The notes beneath the pieces are model-generated. The model had not been told where the DNA came from. It searched no databases and saw nothing but the letters and a program-made list of their open reading frames with translations. A DNA stretch of 64,000 bases from an uncultured Chloroflexia bacterium (GTDB taxonomy: Bacteria > Chloroflexota > Limnocylindria > Limnocylindrales > CSP1-4). Both the position numbers and the translations under genes were made by a program. The stretch is from positions 704,001 to 768,000 of the forward strand of contig CAWFXA010000003.1 of assembly GCA_963819655.1 (NCBI GenBank). The letters are read 5' to 3'. Positions 48,805 through 56,668 of the stretch are shown in pieces (the first letter of the stretch is position 1; each line of letters begins with the position of its first letter).

Positions 48805-49374
48805 TCAGCTCAGGCTGAGATCCACGTTCGGGACGTTCGCGGCCTCGGGCTCGGCGTCGAAGAACTCACGCTTCGTGAAGCCGAACGGACCAGCCAGCAG
48901 GGCGTTCGGGAACGTCGCGATCGCGGTGTTGTAGTCGAGCACAGTCGCGTTGTAGTGCTGGCGCGAGAACGAGATCTGGTTCTCGGTCGTCGTCAGCTGC
49001 TCCTGGAGCTCGAGGACGTTCTCATTGGCCTTCAGCTCGGGGTAGTTCTCCACAACGGCGAACAGCGAACGAAGGCTGCTCGTGAGCATGTTCTCGGCAG
49101 CGGCCTGCTGGGCCGGACCCTGGCTGCCAGCCGCCACGGCTGCCGCACGGGCATTCGTGACGTCGGTCAGGACCTTCTGCTCGAAGCCCATGTAGCCCTT
49201 GACGGCGTTGACGAGGTTCGGGATCAGATCGTGGCGCCGCTTGAGCTGGACCTCGATCTGGGCGAAGGCCTCATCGATCCGCAGCCGCTTCTGGACCAGG
49301 GAGTTATAGATCCCGATCGCGACGACGACCAGCAGGACGATGATGCCGATGATGATGATGGGCGCGAGATCCAT
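48805..49374 (-). CDS. lemA: LemA family protein
   Basis: YNSLV, LKRRHDLIPNLV, ENYPELKAN. Confidence 0.95.
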   Translation of the reverse strand: MDLAPIIIIGIIVLLVVVAIGIYNSLVQKRLRIDEAFAQIEVQLKRRHDLIPNLVNAVKGYMGFEQKVLTDVTNARAAAVAAGSQGPAQQAAAENMLTSSLRSLFAVVENYPELKANENVLELQEQLTTTENQISFSRQHYNATVLDYNTAIATFPNALLAGPFGFTKREFFDAEPEAANVPNVDLSLS

Positions 49375-49525
49375 GCCCCTCCTCCGGTCGGGCGCGCCAT
49401 GACGGCGGCCATCACGATGAGTCTACCAGTGCCGTCCGCTCCAGCGTCCTTCGCAAGAGGGGCCTTGCCCCGTGAGGCCGCTCCCGATAGCGACGCGTCA
49501 CCAGGCGGGGGCCCATCATGGTCCG

Positions 49526-50722
49526 GTGCAGGACGTGGAACTGCCGCGCGCGATCATCCTGCAGCCCAACGACGGCTGCCTGACCCTCGCTCGTGCACTG
49601 GTGCGTCGCGGCGTCGAGGTGCGCGTCCTTGCCAACCCCGAGTACAGCTATGTCGTCGCCAGCCGTGGCGTCGAAGGCGAGGTCATGCCCGACCCGCTCC
49701 AGGACCCATCGGCGTGGCTCGACGTCCTGACCGAGCTTGGCGAAGCGGGCGGCGGCGTGGTGTTCTCGGGCTCCGATTCCGCGACCGAATGGTTGACCGA
49801 GCACCGCGCGCGATTGCCGGCCTCCCTTCGAAGCTTCGAGTCGACCGACCGAGTCCACGTCGACCTGATGGACAAAGGGCGGCTGTACGAGATTGCCGCC
49901 TCGCTCGGTCTCCGGGTGCCGACCGCCCACCATGTCCGCGACGAAGCGGACTTGAGGGAATTGCTGCCGGGACTGCGCTACCCGCGCGTGCTGAAGGCGC
50001 GACTCGGTCACAAGGCCAAGATCCTGGCCGGGTTCGGCACCGTGCTGGTCACGACGCGACGGGATCTCATCCAGCGCGCCGCGGCGTTGTTCGAGCACGA
50101 CATCGATTTCCTCCTCACGGACGTCGTCCCGGGTCGCGAACATCGACTCGAGGCGGCGGTGACGGTCCGCCGGGACGACGGCTCGTACACGCTCGAATAC
50201 GGCCGCCGGAAGATCCGTCAATGGCCACTCGATTACGGGGTGGGTTCGCTGAATCAGGCCGCCCACGTGCCGGGCACGATGGCGATCAGCCGCAAGCTCC
50301 TCGGCCACGTCGGGTTCCATGGCATCGCCTCGTGCGAGACCAAGCGCAACGCGCGGGACGGGCAGCTGTACGTGATCGAGATCAACGTGCGGATCCCCGC
50401 CAACTTCGGGCTCGCCGATGCATGCGGCGTCGATGGCTCGTGGCGGTTGTACGCCACCCTCGCGGGCCTGCCGCTCGAACCGCAGCTCGAGCAGGTCGAC
50501 GGACGCAAGTGCATGATCCCGCTCCGCGAGGTGCGCGCCTCGTTCCAGCGGATCCGACGTCGCGAGGTCTCGGTCAAGGCAGTCCTGCGGAGCTGGCGTG
50601 GCACGCGCGACTTCGGTGTCCTCTCGATCCGCGACCCGATGCCGGCGGCAGCACTCATCACGCGCAGGCTTGGCAAACGGCTCGGGCACTCGGGACGGGC
50701 ACACCGCGGAGCCGGTGCCTAG
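49526..50722 (+). CDS. ATP-grasp carboxylate-amine ligase (D-aspartate-ligase-like)
   Basis: MDKGRLY, YPRVLKA, RKIRQWP..YG, ETKRNARDG.LYVIEINVR. Confidence 0.82.
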   Translation: MQDVELPRAIILQPNDGCLTLARALVRRGVEVRVLANPEYSYVVASRGVEGEVMPDPLQDPSAWLDVLTELGEAGGGVVFSGSDSATEWLTEHRARLPASLRSFESTDRVHVDLMDKGRLYEIAASLGLRVPTAHHVRDEADLRELLPGLRYPRVLKARLGHKAKILAGFGTVLVTTRRDLIQRAAALFEHDIDFLLTDVVPGREHRLEAAVTVRRDDGSYTLEYGRRKIRQWPLDYGVGSLNQAAHVPGTMAISRKLLGHVGFHGIASCETKRNARDGQLYVIEINVRIPANFGLADACGVDGSWRLYATLAGLPLEPQLEQVDGRKCMIPLREVRASFQRIRRREVSVKAVLRSWRGTRDFGVLSIRDPMPAAALITRRLGKRLGHSGRAHRGAGA

Positions 50723-50725
50723 GCT

Positions 50726-52156
50726 TCAGTCGCCCCCGATGTCGAACGACCCGACGCCTCGGACGAGATCTGACGGCTGGCGTCCGCCGGCTGCAACGAT
50801 CGAACGGATCGTCCAGGTGGCTGGGGAATCGCCGGCCTCACGAACGAGGTACAGCAATCCTCGGCCGTCCGGTGTCCACGCGACCGTGCCCCCGACCACG
50901 AGCTCGCCGGTCCCGGTGCCTGTGGACTGAACCGCGCCGGTCGAGTCAAAGAACATCGACTTACTCCAAGATGTCAGCTCCGTGAATTGAGCGGTCGCCA
51001 GGTCGTAGTCGTAGAGCATGGACGTGTCGACCGCGGGTTCCGAAGTGAAGTCGATCAGACCGCCGAGGACCGCCACCCGGTCGCCGTCGGGTGAGAACTC
51101 CGGCCAGAAGAGCTTGCCGTGCAGGTTGGGATCGCCAGCGGCCGGGTGCACGATCGTGGAGGTCACGCTCCCGCCTTCGAGATCGACGATCCCAAGGCAG
51201 ACCTCCGCCTCGCAGCCAACCCAGTCACCCGAGATGGCGAGGCTGCGCCCGACGGGTGACCAGTCCAGGGAATCGACACGAACGACATGGTTGTCGGTGA
51301 GCTCCTCGATCCGGCGGGCGCTCGACCCGTCGGTGGCCACGAGAAGCCGTCCGGGTTGCCCCGCGACGATGCCCCAAAGGGCGATCCACCGACCATTGGG
51401 CGACCACCGCACCCACAGGTCCGGACGGATCCAGACCTTGGGGTTCGCGCTCGCGGCTGACTGCCACTCAGGTGGCAGCGCGATCTCTCGGTCAGCGGAG
51501 GCATCCAGCCCGGCGAGGAGGAGCCCGATCCCGGACTCGACCCCCTGGATGGCATCCCTTGGCACATCGGCGGGGCATGTCCCGATTGCGACCTCGGAGC
51601 TGTCCGGCGACCACGACAGCGAGGGACCGCAGCCAGCGTCCAGGGCGACGCTCCGAACCAGGGCACCTTGCGCGGTCAGGAAGTCGACAGCCGGCGTCAG
51701 GAATGCGCCGCCGACGTCGCGGACGGCGGCGATGTGACGCATGTCGGGCGACCAGGCCGCCGAGATGTAGCCAAACTTGATGTCGTCGGCACCGCCCCGA
51801 GCGATCAGGGTCTGTCCACCCCCATCTTCTTCGGCGACGAAGAGGTCGCCAGCGCGCACGAAGACGATCCGCCCGGGGCCGGTAGGTGCCTGGACGAAGA
51901 TCGTCGGAGCGGAACCGATGGCGACTGCCAGCCCCGAAAGGGTGATGACGAGGGCCGCCAGCAGGAGAAGCCAAGCCACGCGCCGGTCGAGGCCGGTCGG
52001 CCATAGCGACCCGAGGACACCACCTCGGGTGGACGAGGTCATGGCCGCCCGGGCCGTCGCGATCGGGTCGATCGAGCGAACGGCGGGCTGGGTGTAGGAG
52101 CGAGCAAGCGCCGTCAGTCGTGTCTCGAATTCGCCCATCTGGTCGTGGTCAGTCAT
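50726..52156 (-). CDS. Membrane-anchored TolB/PD40-like beta-propeller, putative anti-sigma factor
   Basis: One TM; repeated WSPD/WSPN/FSPD/WTPD; overlaps sigma stop. Confidence 0.82.
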   Translation of the reverse strand: MTDHDQMGEFETRLTALARSYTQPAVRSIDPIATARAAMTSSTRGGVLGSLWPTGLDRRVAWLLLLAALVITLSGLAVAIGSAPTIFVQAPTGPGRIVFVRAGDLFVAEEDGGGQTLIARGGADDIKFGYISAAWSPDMRHIAAVRDVGGAFLTPAVDFLTAQGALVRSVALDAGCGPSLSWSPDSSEVAIGTCPADVPRDAIQGVESGIGLLLAGLDASADREIALPPEWQSAASANPKVWIRPDLWVRWSPNGRWIALWGIVAGQPGRLLVATDGSSARRIEELTDNHVVRVDSLDWSPVGRSLAISGDWVGCEAEVCLGIVDLEGGSVTSTIVHPAAGDPNLHGKLFWPEFSPDGDRVAVLGGLIDFTSEPAVDTSMLYDYDLATAQFTELTSWSKSMFFDSTGAVQSTGTGTGELVVGGTVAWTPDGRGLLYLVREAGDSPATWTIRSIVAAGGRQPSDLVRGVGSFDIGGD

Positions 52157-52691
52157 CGCCGAGCTCCACGCGGAGACGGGCCATGAGTCGGTGCATCCGG
52201 ACACGCACACCTGACGCGCTCATGCCGACCTCCCGTCCGATCGCTTCTGAATCGAGGCCGGCGACGAAGCGCAGACCGATGAGGATCCGGTCCTTTGGGT
52301 CGAGGTGCGCGAGGGCGTTGCCGAGGTCGATCGAGGCCGCCCGATCGGGCCCGGGCGAGCTGGTCGGACCGCCCACGACAAGCTCGCGGACCGTCCGCCG
52401 GCGGGTGCTGCGGGCCATCTGGCGCGCCTCGTTCGCTGCCACCGACATCAACCACGGTCGAAGCCTGGACGGATCGCGAAGCGTGCCGAGTCGGCGCCAG
52501 GCGATCGCCCAGGCGGCCTGGACGGCGTCCTCCGCCAGTTCGACGGAGCCTGACACCAGGTAGGAGATGCGGGACATGTCGCCATGGTGGGCGGCGACGA
52601 TCCGAGCGAAGGCGACCTCGTCGCCGGCGATCGCGCGGTCGATGATCGCCCCCGCTGCCGCGCTATCGATCGTCACACTTTCCGCGATCAT
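52149..52691 (-). CDS. ECF sigma factor
   Basis: AGDEVAF, AEDAVQ, LRPWL..VAAN, EAIGREVG...VRVRMHR. Confidence 0.92.
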   Translation of the reverse strand: MIAESVTIDSAAAGAIIDRAIAGDEVAFARIVAAHHGDMSRISYLVSGSVELAEDAVQAAWAIAWRRLGTLRDPSRLRPWLMSVAANEARQMARSTRRRTVRELVVGGPTSSPGPDRAASIDLGNALAHLDPKDRILIGLRFVAGLDSEAIGREVGMSASGVRVRMHRLMARLRVELGDD

Positions 52692-52698
52692 GCCCTAC

Positions 52699-52725
52699 AG
52701 ATGCCGCCGACCCGTCGCGCGTTCC
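52699..52725 (-). promoter_or_regulatory. ECF-type autoregulatory promoter GGAAC-N16-GCATCT
   Basis: Motif ends 7 nt before the sigma ATG; no SD sequence. Confidence 0.6.
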
Positions 52726-52771
52726 AAGGTCCCTCTCGACACCTCGCGTCTGGGCTCAACAGAGGACATGG

Positions 52772-52799
52772 AGACGCCCCGGCCGGAACCGGGGCGTCT
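52772..52799. terminator. 11-bp GC hairpin, probable terminator
   Basis: AGACGCCCCGG-N6-CCGGGGCGTCT just after the stop at 52815; no U-tract. Confidence 0.55.
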
Positions 52800-52814
52800 G
52801 CCAATAGGTCGCCG

Positions 52815-53384
52815 CTACCGGCACTTGGTCGTGACGGTCGTCCTGCTGCTGCGGATCGATCCCTCCGCGTCCACCGTCACCCCGTCGAAGGTTATCGTCC
52901 CCGTGGCCGATCGTCGCTGGCCGCTGTCAGCGAACGTGAAGGTGCATGTCCCGTCGCGTTCGGTGAACCGACCGCGGAAGCTTGACGTCTGGCCCGTCCC
53001 CTCGAGCTCGGCGGAAGCTGTGATCGTGCTGCAGTGGTGCGCGTCACAGACTTCGAACTGGGTCGACGCGAGGCTCGCGGAGGACAGGTCGCCAGCCACA
53101 CTGATATCCGGTGTCTCGCTGCAGCCGCCGACACCCGTGCCGCGCCCGTTGCGGATGTTGAACGTGAACTGATCGACGCAGGCGAAGATGAATGTCTCAC
53201 CTGACGCTGTCGTCTGCTGATCGGCGAAGACCGACGTGTCGGTGCATGTCTGCTGACCGCACTCGGAATGGAAGGCATCGAAACCGATGGACTCGAAGTT
53301 TTCACGCGGCGAGGCCGCTGCGACCCCCGGCGCAAAGGCGAGCAGGGCGAACATGATCACGAAGAATGTCAACACGCGCTTCAT
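52815..53384 (-). CDS. Secreted Cys-containing beta-rich hypothetical protein
   Basis: MKR + hydrophobic + AxA signal peptide; GGAGGG upstream; 8 Cys. Confidence 0.8.
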   Translation of the reverse strand: MKRVLTFFVIMFALLAFAPGVAAASPRENFESIGFDAFHSECGQQTCTDTSVFADQQTTASGETFIFACVDQFTFNIRNGRGTGVGGCSETPDISVAGDLSSASLASTQFEVCDAHHCSTITASAELEGTGQTSSFRGRFTERDGTCTFTFADSGQRRSATGTITFDGVTVDAEGSIRSSRTTVTTKCR

Positions 53385-53546
53385 CGACCGATCCCTCCAA
53401 CCGTGACGGGTCGGGTTCGCCATTGGCTCGGCGTGATCCGGGCGACCGAGGGAAGGATCACGCGTCGATGCCCCCCATCTCGACGAAGTATGCGCGGGTG
53501 GGCAAGGGGTCGTGCGGTCGCGGTGGCGCGTTCGTTTCGTGCGGGA

Positions 53547-53580
53547 GATGTGGTGGGGGGTACTGGACTCGAACCAGCGA
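53547..53580 (-). repeat. Duplicate of tRNA-Val 3' end (att-like direct repeat)
   Basis: 32/34 identical to 54214-54247. Confidence 0.88.
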
Positions 53581-53804
53581 TCGGGGTCCGACCGGGAGGG
53601 AGCGGCGCCCCGGTGAAGTGAGGGGCGGAGGGGGGTATCCGCCGCGGCGTCCCCCGAGGCGCCACGCCCAGCTTTACAGCCCGGGTCGGTCGATGCAAGG
53701 GCGCCCGCAAGGTCCGTCAGGGACACTGAACGCCTCAGAGCCTCGGGTGGGGGGCCATCCTCAAGGGGATGGATCGACCCGAGGTTCTGCGATTCGGTGA
53801 GGCT

Positions 53805-54165
53805 ATGGACGGCCCGGGTCGCCCGGTCGGCCCGGACGAGCTGGCCGGCTTGGGGGAACCGAAATCGCAAGTCCGGGACCGTTGCCGGGTAAGGGTCAAG
53901 CCGTATCGGAGCGATGAAGAGAGGCCCGGCTACACAACCCCCAGATCGGTAGCCGAGCCTCGGATGAACTCGCTCGTGCGCGGCACGGCGCGGCAATAGG
54001 CCACCCTGCAGTCTGTACACCCGCAGCCACTACGTCATGACGGGCCGTCATGTTCGCGTGCAAGGTCGGGGCAGGCCCAGAACCCTGCACAGCGCGGACG
54101 TGAGCCAGCTCGACGGCGCGGGTCGAGGTTCTTGCAACACGATGCCCTGACCGGCGATCGCGATG
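53805..54165 (+). ncRNA. Putative structured ncRNA, IS110 non-coding end/bridge-RNA-like
   Basis: At least six nested helices found by eye; no credible ORF; family resemblance is from memory; strand is inferred. Confidence 0.5.
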
Positions 54166-54217
54166 TCATCCGACGCCCGCGACGGACGTCGAGAGGGGCC
54201 AGGTCGTGCGTGGGATG

Positions 54218-54294
54218 TGGTGGGCGGTACTGGACTCGAACCAGTGACTTCCTCGGTGTAAGCGAGGCGCTCTAACCGACTGAGCTAACCGCCC
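54218..54294 (-). tRNA. tRNA-Val(TAC)
   Basis: CCTCG-CTTACAC-CGAGG; CCA. Confidence 0.97.
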
Positions 54295-54361
54295 GCGGGG
54301 AGCCTACACCGCGGCCACGCGAAACGACCGCCGGGCTCGGCGGTCGTCAGGAGCTGCGGAG

Positions 54362-54446
54362 TGGTGCCCAGGCCGGGACTTGAACCCGGATGAGTTGCCT
54401 CATACGCCCCTCAAACGTACGCGTATACCAATTCCGCCACCTGGGC
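54362..54446 (-). tRNA. tRNA-Leu(GAG)
   Basis: Loop TTGAGGG; long variable arm; CCA. Confidence 0.96.
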
Positions 54447-54482
54447 CCAGGTGTCACCGTGGGATGAAGGAGTCCGAGGGAG

Positions 54483-54569
54483 TGGTACCGAGGGAGGGAC
54501 TTGAACCCACACGACCTTGCGGCCACTGGTACCTGAAACCAGCGCGTCTGCCTATTCCGCCACCTCGGC
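54483..54569 (-). tRNA. tRNA-Leu(CAG)
   Basis: CTGGT-TTCAGGT-ACCAG; CCA; TGcTAACAT promoter at 54619-54611. Confidence 0.96.
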
Positions 54570-54587
54570 ACGGACCCCGTCAGACCG

Positions 54588-56330
54588 TTACCGGCCGACG
54601 GCGAGGCGCCATGTTAGCACATCCCAAAATCGGTCCGACCCGTCCGTGACCTGCCGGATCGCGGGCCCCTGGACGGTGTCGCGGAGCACGACGACCTCGT
54701 CCGCGAAGGCCAGCGGAAGCAGGTAACGACCAGCCGCCAGCCCCTTCTGGAGCGCGCCGTAAGCCTTCATCCGGGCGCTCGCAGAACCGGGCGCGCGGGC
54801 CTTCTCGAGCAGTGTGTCGAGCTCGGCCGACTGGGCGCCGATCACGTTCGACCCGCCGGTCAGCGTCTGGCTCGAGGCCAGCAGCGGGTACAGGTCGGGG
54901 TCCAGGCCGATGCGCAGGTCGGCGACCGCGACCTGGAACGTCCCGGTCGACAGCCGCTCGCCTACGAACTCGGCGGGTGGCAGTGCGACGTGCTGCGCGG
55001 TCAGGCCGATCGCGGTCCAGTCGCGGACGACCGCCCCGGCTGCCGCGTAAAGACTCGGATTCGAAGCCTCGGTCGGGCTCAGGACCTCCAGCGACAGCGG
55101 TTGCTTGGCGCCGGGCAGGCGCCAACCCTTGGCGTCCTTCGTCCAGGTCGCCGCTTTCAACGCCGCTTCGGCGGCGCCACGGCTGTAGGCCACGGCGGGG
55201 TCGGCGACCGGATCGAACATCGGCGAGACGGGCGGGATCGGGCCAGTGGCGGGTATCGCGATCCCGGCGAACGACTCCTGGATGAGGCGCTCCCGGTTCA
55301 GGGCGGCCATCAGGCTCGTGCGGACGGCGGCCGGCGAGAATTCCGGATGACCCGGACGCAGGTTCAGCAGGACGGCCGAGAGGGTCGATCCGGGATAACG
55401 GACGAGCCGCGCCCCATCCATCGACGCGAGCTCGACCGCGTCTGCCTGCGGGAGACCCGATGCGCCGTCGAGATCGCCGGCGCGGAAATCGCGCACGAGG
55501 GCGTCGACATCGGTGTAGAACCGGAGCTCGATACCCGCGAGGTACGGCAACGGCCGCGAGGGGCGGAGGGTCGGGGCCGGCGTCGTGAGCGAATCCGGCG
55601 ACGCTCCGGCCGTCGCGCTCGGGGCCCCGGCATCCAGGACGATCTCGGCTGGGACGAGAGAGGCCGACGTCGGTGTCAGATCGGTCAGGGCGAACGGACC
55701 CGAGCCGACCGGCCGTCCGCCGAACGGGTCGTCGGCGAGGGATGCCATCGGCACGTCCCCGAGCAGGTGGGCCGGGGCGATCGGCTGGGTCAGGGCCTGC
55801 ATGAACCCACCGAGTGGGGTCTTGAGCGTGAACCGGACCTGGCGCGGGCCGGTCGTCGCGACGGTCACCTCGGACCAGGACGTGGCGGACGGCCCCGTGT
55901 AGGACGGGTCCTGCAGGGTCTCGATCGTGAAGATCACGTCGTCGGGCGTGACCGGCGTTCCGTCGTGCCAGCGCGCGTCCGCACGCAGGTCGACCGTCCA
56001 GGTCTTCCCAGACGCATCGACCGACCAGCGCTCGGCCAGGTCAGGGACGAGCGTGCCGCCCGGCCCGTTCCGCACCAGTCCGGCGAAGAGCAGCGCGACG
56101 AGATCGCGATCGGCCTGGGTCTTGGCGGTCAGCGGCGAGACCGACGAGGGGGCGCCGACAACGCCCTCGACGTATGGGCGAACCTCGAAACCAGGGCTCG
56201 CCGCGCTCGGTGGTGGGGTCGCGGTCGACGGCGCCGAGGCGAGCTGGATAGCGGGGACGCTGATGAGTGCGGCGAGGACCGCAAGCAGGGCGACGAGCGT
56301 CCCGACGATGACGGTGTCGGTCCGGGTCAT
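54588..56330 (-). CDS. Peptide/nickel ABC substrate-binding protein (family 5)
   Basis: LVPDLAERW, ARWHDGTPVT.DDVIFT, PVGSGPF. Confidence 0.92.
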   Translation of the reverse strand: MTRTDTVIVGTLVALLAVLAALISVPAIQLASAPSTATPPPSAASPGFEVRPYVEGVVGAPSSVSPLTAKTQADRDLVALLFAGLVRNGPGGTLVPDLAERWSVDASGKTWTVDLRADARWHDGTPVTPDDVIFTIETLQDPSYTGPSATSWSEVTVATTGPRQVRFTLKTPLGGFMQALTQPIAPAHLLGDVPMASLADDPFGGRPVGSGPFALTDLTPTSASLVPAEIVLDAGAPSATAGASPDSLTTPAPTLRPSRPLPYLAGIELRFYTDVDALVRDFRAGDLDGASGLPQADAVELASMDGARLVRYPGSTLSAVLLNLRPGHPEFSPAAVRTSLMAALNRERLIQESFAGIAIPATGPIPPVSPMFDPVADPAVAYSRGAAEAALKAATWTKDAKGWRLPGAKQPLSLEVLSPTEASNPSLYAAAGAVVRDWTAIGLTAQHVALPPAEFVGERLSTGTFQVAVADLRIGLDPDLYPLLASSQTLTGGSNVIGAQSAELDTLLEKARAPGSASARMKAYGALQKGLAAGRYLLPLAFADEVVVLRDTVQGPAIRQVTDGSDRFWDVLTWRLAVGR

Positions 56331-56372
56331 GAAGCTCCGTGTGGTGGCCGCGGCTCGAGCCGCGGCGCGACG

Positions 56373-56606
56373 TCAGGCGCCGGTCGTCGGCGACAGGATG
56401 TACGACGCCAGCGAGAAGATGACGAACAGGACGAGCAGCACGATCGTGAACTGCCACAACCGTCGTTCGACCCCACGGCGGCTGCGATAGACAGCCGAGT
56501 CACCACCGAATGTGCCCGACAGGCCAGTACCCCGCGCCTGCAACAGGATGGCGGCGATGAGCGCGATACTCACGATGATCTGGCCCACGCCCAGGATGGG
56601 GTTCAC
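56373..56606 (-). CDS. secG: Preprotein translocase subunit SecG
   Basis: ILLQARGTGLSGTFGG...RRGVERRL; GGAGG upstream. Confidence 0.95.
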   Translation of the reverse strand: MNPILGVGQIIVSIALIAAILLQARGTGLSGTFGGDSAVYRSRRGVERRLWQFTIVLLVLFVIFSLASYILSPTTGA

Positions 56607-56668
56607 GTCTCGTTCGTCCTCCGTTTCGTACGGCGGCCGATGCTACCACAGGGGCCCGGCCGAGCCCA

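Noticed and set aside
53547-53620. Additional or intron-split tRNA
   Set aside because: Only the 3' ~30 nt match; no D-arm, anticodon arm or separate 5' half found.
53385-54020. N-terminal extension of ORF 52815-54020
   Set aside because: Low-complexity translation across the tRNA repeat and structured region; real start is 53384.
53805-54165. RNase P RNA, group I/II intron, HEARO/omegaRNA or c-di-AMP riboswitch
   Set aside because: Only isolated short matches (AAGTCCGGG, GGTAAGGGT, CCGCAGCC, ACTACGT, GGGGGAACC); the full conserved cores are not present in order by eye.
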